Part shown: positions 45,163-49,249 of the stretch, piece after piece
How the letters are laid out: each line of letters starts with the position of its first letter
How positions within the stretch are numbered: the first letter of the stretch is position 1
Source of the DNA: Candidatus Gastranaerophilales bacterium
GTDB taxonomy: Bacteria > Cyanobacteriota > Vampirovibrionia > Gastranaerophilales > JANQFW01
NCBI GenBank assembly: GCA_028282645.1
Contig: JANQHM010000169.1
Coordinates: 1-49,249 of the forward strand
Length of the DNA stretch: 49,249 nt
Direction: 5' to 3'
Notes under the pieces: generated by a model
The model's input: only the letters and a program-made list of their open reading frames with translations
Databases searched by the model: none
What the model was told of the DNA's origin: nothing
Program-made: the position numbers and the translations under genes

Positions 45163-45330
45163 TATATTAACTCTAAAATACTTTTCAGATTATTCAATCG
45201 TGTAAAAACTAATAAAAATAAGCTATTCTCTGAATTGCGAAGCGGGAGCGTTAAAAAGTGAAATGGTCAATTTTACTTTTTATAAGCTCATTCCAAAGAG
45301 TAACCTGAAATTTAATTTTGTACCAATATA
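45163..45330 (+). repeat. Repeat family B copy B14 carrying the ~60-nt insert C
   Basis: TATATTAACTCTAAAATACTTTTCAGATTATTC...CTCTGAA [insert] AAGAGTAACCTGAAATTTAATTTTGTACCAATATA. Confidence 0.8.
45235..45295 (+). repeat. Insert C nested in B14
   Basis: TTGCGAAGCGGGAGCGTTAAAAAGTGAAATGGTCAATTTTACTTTTTATAAGCTCATTCC. Internal 12-bp hairpin AAAAAGTGAAAT/ATTTTACTTTTT. Its first 27 nt recur at 49223-49249, at the same position in B17. Confidence 0.7.
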
Positions 45331-45427
45331 AAGTAAAAAACTCACTTTAGCAAAACTAATACTAAAGTGAGTTTTTTAATGAATTATATATTTTTAAAAG
45401 AATTTTTTATTATTTCTTAAGTAAATG

Positions 45428-45458
45428 GCAATTATTGAATAAATAAATTGTTTATATA
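45428..45458 (+). promoter_or_regulatory. Conserved promoter-like module GCAATTATT-N9-AATTGTTTATATA (upstream of 45538 gene)
   Basis: Exact match to both conserved halves. Lies 80 nt upstream of the ATG. Confidence 0.5.
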
Positions 45459-45537
45459 AACATACGGTTTAAAAGATAAAAGTTGCTTGATTTTTTTGAG
45501 AGAGTTAGAGAAAACTTAGAAAAAGAGAGGATTTAAT

Positions 45538-46419
45538 ATGGGTTTACTTGGAGGCTTAGGCAAAGGCCTAAGTAATGGCATCGGTAAAGGCCTGCCTAAA
45601 AGCGCAGGCAACGGATTAACCAATGGCATCGGCAAAGGCCTGCCTAAAAGTGTAGGCAGCGGATTAACCAATGGCATCGGCAAAGGCCTGCCTAAAAGCG
45701 CAGGCAATGGATTAAATTCAATTTTTGGAGGAGGAGCGGGCTTGGCCCAGGGCATTACTGGTAATGTATTAGGCAGTATTCCGCCTAAAGGTACTCAAAA
45801 CGCTGCCCAAAATCCGCCGGCAACAGCTCAAAATAATACAACTCAACAAAAAGAAGGAGGTACTTCTAAAGATCAATTATTAGAATTATTAATGACTTTA
45901 CTCACAAAAATAATGGGTAAAAATGGCCAGGCAGCTCCTAAAGGACAAACTGTTGCCGCACCAAAACAAGCTGCGTCTGCACCTAAAGGACAGACCGCTG
46001 AAGTGGCACCTGCTCCTAAAGGGCAGACTACTACAACGGTTAAACAAGCTCCACCTGCTCCTAAAAAGGAAATCATTACAACCGATAAACCAAGCCAACC
46101 GGTTACTGACGGCAAAACTGCCGCAACTACCTCTCCGGGGCAACCAGCCGCTGATGGCAAAACTACCACCACTACCGCTCCGGAACAATCCGTCACTAAA
46201 GGCAACACTGCCACTACAACTGCTAAAAAAGGCGAAAAATCGGATGATGATGAAAAAACTACCAAAAACGTAAAAAAGACAACTACAACAACTACTAGCC
46301 AACCTGACGAGGGACAAGCCGCTACAATTACTAACCAGGGCCAACAACCTGACGGAGGTGAAAATACTACAGTTACTACCCAAGGCCAGCAAACTGCCGA
46401 GGGTGAAAAGAAAGACTAA
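45538..46419 (+). CDS. Low-complexity protein P2: three GL[ST]NGIGKGLPKS[AV]G[NS] repeats then a Thr/Gln/Pro/Lys-rich tail
   Basis: AGAGAGGA RBS. Nucleotide-level 48-nt repeats at 45570-45715. No signal peptide. Confidence 0.7.
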   Translation: MGLLGGLGKGLSNGIGKGLPKSAGNGLTNGIGKGLPKSVGSGLTNGIGKGLPKSAGNGLNSIFGGGAGLAQGITGNVLGSIPPKGTQNAAQNPPATAQNNTTQQKEGGTSKDQLLELLMTLLTKIMGKNGQAAPKGQTVAAPKQAASAPKGQTAEVAPAPKGQTTTTVKQAPPAPKKEIITTDKPSQPVTDGKTAATTSPGQPAADGKTTTTTAPEQSVTKGNTATTTAKKGEKSDDDEKTTKNVKKTTTTTTSQPDEGQAATITNQGQQPDGGENTTVTTQGQQTAEGEKKD

Positions 46420-46490
46420 AAATTTGGAAAATTCTTTAAGAAAAAGGATATCCAGGCTAAAAAGCCAGGCAACAAAATAATTATACTACT

Positions 46491-46589
46491 TATACAAATA
46501 AATTTCAGGTTACTCTTTCCGGATAAACTCTATTTTTTATTAGCTTTAATATTATTAAATAACCTGAAAAATATTTTAGAGTTAGTATA
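46491..46589 (-). repeat. Repeat family B copy B15
   Basis: TATACAAATAAATTTCAGGTTACTCTTTCCGG...ACCTGAAAAATATTTTAGAGTTAGTATA. Confidence 0.8.
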
Positions 46590-46666
46590 ATACAAAAAAT
46601 TCTCCCTTTAATTTAGGTAAAGGGGGGATTTTTTTATTAATTATATATATTTTTTAAAAATAAATA

Positions 46667-46697
46667 GCAATTATTTAAGAGATAAATTGTTTATATA
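46667..46697 (+). promoter_or_regulatory. Conserved promoter-like module GCAATTATT-N9-AATTGTTTATATA (upstream of 46906 gene)
   Basis: Exact match to both conserved halves. Lies 209 nt upstream of the ATG. Confidence 0.5.
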
Positions 46698-46736
46698 TAT
46701 AGACGTAAGTTAGATATACTCCCTTAAAAATACTTA

Positions 46737-46861
46737 GAGCCTGTCTGGTTAAAAAAATAAAAGCTGGTTATATCAATAATAAAGGCTCATTTACGGACTG
46801 CGATGTTAAAGCTGAAGCGGCTTGCCAGGCAAGGCGATGCAAGCTTTAACAAGACAGCTTC
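46737..46861 (+). other. Candidate structured leader RNA (locally GC-rich) in the 5' region of the 46906 gene
   Basis: Perfect 9-bp helix GTTAAAGCT (46805-46813) / AGCTTTAAC (46842-46850) encloses a GC-rich 28-mer. Outer pairing CTGTCT (46741-46746) / AGACAG (46852-46857). Confidence 0.3.
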
Positions 46862-46905
46862 TTACAGAGAGAGAAATGCAAAATTTTTTAGAGAAGAGGT
46901 TTTAA

Positions 46906-47412
46906 ATGGCTTTAAATGACATAAATGGAACAAAAGGATCAAAAAGACCTTTTAAAGGCTCTGGAAAAAATTCTAGGAAGAATGATAAAACAGACACGCC
47001 GGTTTTTGATAAAAACAGAACTCCGGATGCCAGGTTAAAAGCACTGTTAAACTCGCTTGAAAAAAAGCTTGATAGCGGAGATATCGGTAAAGAAGCTAAC
47101 AACAAGATACTTGAGGCCTTGAAGGAGATTAAAACAGGTATTGACCAAGGGGAAACACCAAAGAATAAAGGACAAAATACAGACAAAATTTTTAATCCGG
47201 GTAAAAGCATACCAAGCTCGCCTTACGGACCTATTACCGGTGTGCCTATGGGTAGAATATCAAATAATTTTTTTCCGGGCGTGCCCGAGTTAAAACCGGC
47301 CGGTACTACGCCAACAGGGATTAAAGACTTAAGCGGAATGGGAGCAATAACCGGTGTTCCTTTAGGAGAGCTTCCGCAAGGGCTTGCTCCTGGAGTACCT
47401 AAAATGGAATAA
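46906..47412 (+). CDS. Low-complexity protein P3 (Lys/Asn/Gly/Pro-rich; ITGVP[ML]G repeated)
   Basis: AGAAGAGG RBS. GPITGVPMGRI and GAITGVPLGEL repeats. Followed by a terminator. No signal peptide. Confidence 0.65.
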   Translation: MALNDINGTKGSKRPFKGSGKNSRKNDKTDTPVFDKNRTPDARLKALLNSLEKKLDSGDIGKEANNKILEALKEIKTGIDQGETPKNKGQNTDKIFNPGKSIPSSPYGPITGVPMGRISNNFFPGVPELKPAGTTPTGIKDLSGMGAITGVPLGELPQGLAPGVPKME

Positions 47413-47446
47413 CTTTAAACCAATGACTGTAATATACACTCAAGCA

Positions 47447-47477
47447 AAAGCCTCTATTCCTTTATAGGGGCTTTTTG
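47447..47477 (+). terminator. Rho-independent terminator after P3
   Basis: AAAGCCTCTAT / ATAGGGGCTTT (11 bp, one G:U) followed by TTTGTCT. Confidence 0.7.
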
Positions 47478-47501
47478 TCTAAAATACTTCAATAAAAAAA
47501 A

Positions 47502-47594
47502 GCTAGTGCTCAGGTGAGTACTTATGCTTACAAGTAAACTTAACTTATATCAAAAGCTTACAGCGATGCCATAAGAAAGGTGATGACCATCACC
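47502..47594 (+). mobile_element. MITE family A copy (divergent left end)
   Basis: GCTAGTGCTCAGGTGAG...GGTGATGACCATCACC. Flanked by A-runs on both sides (AAAAAAAA / AAAAAAAT). Confidence 0.8.
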
Positions 47595-47615
47595 AAAAAA
47601 ATATAAAATAATTAA

Positions 47616-47646
47616 GCAATTTTCAGACTTATTTTGTTTTTATAAT
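47616..47646 (+). promoter_or_regulatory. Promoter-like module GCAATT-N19-TATAAT (variant; about 50 nt duplicated at 49001-49054)
   Basis: GCAATTTTCAGACTTATTTTGTTTTTATAAT has the same GCAATT-to-hexamer spacing (19 nt) as the three modules above. Confidence 0.4.
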
Positions 47647-47878
47647 AATAAGAATATATAAGTAGAAAACAACAACTTTAAGCATCTTACAAGTTTATTT
47701 AATAACTTAAATTAAAAATTAACAATTAGTAGGTTAACGTAGAAACGTAGAAAAGATTTATTTTATATATTTATCTATTAGTAGGTAATACACTAAAAAT
47801 TTTTAATATTTATTTTATCTATAAATAGATTTATGTAATGAGCTACAATATCTATATTTATCTGCAAGTAGATTTTTA

Positions 47879-47993
47879 TATACTATTTCTAAAATAGTTT
47901 TCAGATTATTCAATCGTTTTAAATCTAATAAAATAAACTAAATTCTGAAAAGAGTAATCTAAGATTTATAAGATTTAATTGATGAGCAGTATA
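47879..47993 (+). repeat. Repeat family B copy B16
   Basis: TATACTATTTCTAAAATAGTTTTCAGATTATTCAATCG...CTGAAAAGAGTAATCTAAGATTTATAAGATTTAATTGATGAGCAGTATA. Confidence 0.8.
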
Positions 47994-48111
47994 AAAATTA
48001 TCAGTATTTTTTATTTTATTATTCTTTTACCTTTTACCCAAAATAAGTTTGTAACTTATATATTAAATTAAAATCGAGAGATAAGCATATTATTAATGAG
48101 GAGGATTCATT

Positions 48112-48864
48112 ATGGCAGCAGTAAATAATAGACCAAAACCACAGGCGGCAAAAGCAGCAGGACCAAAAGCAGCAGGACCAAAGGCAGCAGGACCAAAGGC
48201 AGCAGCAAAAGCAAAAGCAGCAGGATCTATAGGAGCTTCTAAGGGTCCTAAAACTCCTAAAGGAGCTCAAGGAATATTTAATAAGCTTCAAGGAGCAAAA
48301 GGAGCTCAAGGAGCTCAAGGGGCAGAAAAATCAAAAGGACCACAAGGGCCACAAGGGGCAAAACCGGAAGGAGGACAAGAACTAAAAGATAAAAATAATC
48401 CTAAAGGTGATCTTAAGGATAAAGGCCTTCAAGACGTATTTAAAAATGGTTTTAAAGACATAATGAATGCCTTGCAACAAGGCGGTGGTAAAGACGGTAA
48501 TTCTCCTAAAAAAGCTGAAGGCGGCGGCGGATGTGAAGGTGGCAACTGCGGCGGCGGTGGAGCACAAAAAGCCGAAGGTGGCGGCGGCTGTCAAGGTGGT
48601 CAATGCGGCGGTGGCGGCGGCGGCGATATGCAAAAAGCCGTAAAAGATGTTAAAAAGGCAGAGCAAGAAGGGACCTCAAGAGAAGAGGCTATCCCTCCAG
48701 CAGCACAAAAGAACAGCGTAGAAGAGCCTGAGTTAAAGCAAGCAGTAGAGCAAAGCGATCAACAAGGCCAGAAAGGCCAAGGTAAAGGCCAAAGCAAAGG
48801 CAAAGGATGCGGCGGTCCGGGGCAACCACCATGTCCTGGTACCCAAAAAGCTAAAAAGAAGTAA
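48112..48864 (+). CDS. Low-complexity protein P4: KAAGP repeats, short collagen-like GXY run, two GGGGC.GG.CGGGG boxes, Gln/Lys/Gly tail
   Basis: GAGGAGGA RBS. AAKAAGPKAAGPKAAGPKAAAKAKAAG. GAKGAQGAQGAEKSKGPQGPQGAKPEG. GGGGCEGGNCGGGG / GGGGCQGGQCGGGGGG. Followed by a terminator. Confidence 0.7.
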   Translation: MAAVNNRPKPQAAKAAGPKAAGPKAAGPKAAAKAKAAGSIGASKGPKTPKGAQGIFNKLQGAKGAQGAQGAEKSKGPQGPQGAKPEGGQELKDKNNPKGDLKDKGLQDVFKNGFKDIMNALQQGGGKDGNSPKKAEGGGGCEGGNCGGGGAQKAEGGGGCQGGQCGGGGGGDMQKAVKDVKKAEQEGTSREEAIPPAAQKNSVEEPELKQAVEQSDQQGQKGQGKGQSKGKGCGGPGQPPCPGTQKAKKK

Positions 48865-48916
48865 ATTAAAAGAGCCGCATAAGTAAAAAATAATACACAT
48901 AATAAAATCATAATAG

Positions 48917-48952
48917 AAAAAAGAGGTTATCCAACGGACAGCCTCTTTTTTT
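48917..48952 (+). terminator. Rho-independent terminator after P4
   Basis: AAGAGG..(loop)..CCTCTT followed by a run of eight T. Confidence 0.65.
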
Positions 48953-48984
48953 TAAAGTTTTTGGAAATAATAAAAGCGTCTTTA

Positions 48985-49005
48985 GTTTAATCGAATACCA
49001 GTATA
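48985..49005 (+). repeat. Repeat family B end fragment
   Basis: GTTTAATCGAATACCAGTATA resembles ...ATTTAATTGAGTACCAGTATA. Confidence 0.35.
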
Positions 49006-49019
49006 ATATAAAAAATAAA

Positions 49020-49050
49020 GCAATTTTATATACTTTTTTGTTTTTATAAT
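49020..49050 (+). promoter_or_regulatory. Promoter-like module GCAATT-N19-TATAAT (second variant copy)
   Basis: GCAATTTTATATACTTTTTTGTTTTTATAAT. The flanks ATATAAAA..ATAA and TTTTGTTTTTATAATAATAA are shared with 47601-47651. Confidence 0.4.
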
Positions 49051-49151
49051 AATAACAGTCCTAAAAAATAAAAATTCCAAACCAATTACCAACTTATTCC
49101 TATTACATTTTACAAAAAGCAGATTATCAATAAAAAATAAGATTTTATTAT

Positions 49152-49249
49152 TATACTAACTCAAAAATACTTTTCAGATTATTCAATCCTGTTAAATCTA
49201 ATAAAATAAGCTAAACTCTGAATTGCGAAGCGGGAGCGTTAAAAAATGA
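49152..49249 (+). repeat. Repeat family B copy B17 with insert C, truncated by the window end
   Basis: TATACTAACTCAAAAATACTTTTCAGATTATTCAATCC...AACTCTGAA then TTGCGAAGCGGGAGCGTTAAAAAATGA from 49223. Confidence 0.8.

Noticed and set aside
46833-46870. Fluoride (crcB) riboswitch, because of GGCGATG
   Set aside because: The pseudoknot partner, the conserved downstream motifs and the characteristic two-helix arrangement are absent, and the downstream gene is not a fluoride transporter.
47767-47873. DnaA boxes or replication origin (TTATCTGCA, TTATCTATA resemble TTATCCACA)
   Set aside because: The matches are only 6-7 of 9 in very AT-rich DNA. There are no dnaA/dnaN/rep genes or an AT-rich unwinding-element organisation nearby.

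Overview
AT-rich bacterial chromosomal segment with about 42 protein-coding genes. I saw no rRNA, tRNA, CRISPR array, transposase or integrase. The housekeeping core is rplS-rbgA-rnhB, rpmB, ybaB-recR, accD-accA-prmA and an HtrA protease. Several markers suggest an anaerobic, fermentative diderm: a hydC-hydB-hydA (NuoE/NuoF-type trimeric) [FeFe]-hydrogenase operon followed by rex, an OstA/LptD-like protein, an MlaD/MCE protein and a large SLH-domain envelope protein. The lineage is only a guess (Melainabacteria-like or another SLH-tethered diderm). Unusual content: (1) A tight minus-strand operon nurA-herA-sbcD(mre11)-sbcC(rad50), the archaeal-type DNA-end-resection quartet, lies directly downstream of a response regulator and a cytoplasmic 5xGAF histidine kinase. 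(2) There are two abundant non-coding repeat families. Family A has 9 copies of about 93 nt with 11-bp terminal inverted repeats and 8-bp target-site duplications, so it is a MITE. Family B has about 17-18 copies or fragments of 75-115 nt with TATAC...GTATA termini. Insertions are nested: A inside B, and a third ~60-nt element C at the same site in two B copies. (3) A 5-kb island (44.3-48.9 kb) encodes four low-complexity Lys/Ala/Pro/Gly-rich proteins without signal peptides. They carry a conserved promoter-like module and sit next to an SLH protein whose Cys/Pro/Gln-rich repeat region is punctuated by eight TGAA[AV] motifs. (4) Also present are an annexin-repeat-like protein, an orphan RelE/ParE toxin, a divergent solitary HypF and a small paralogous family of hypothetical proteins. 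All functional calls come from reading motifs in the translated ORFs; no database search was possible.
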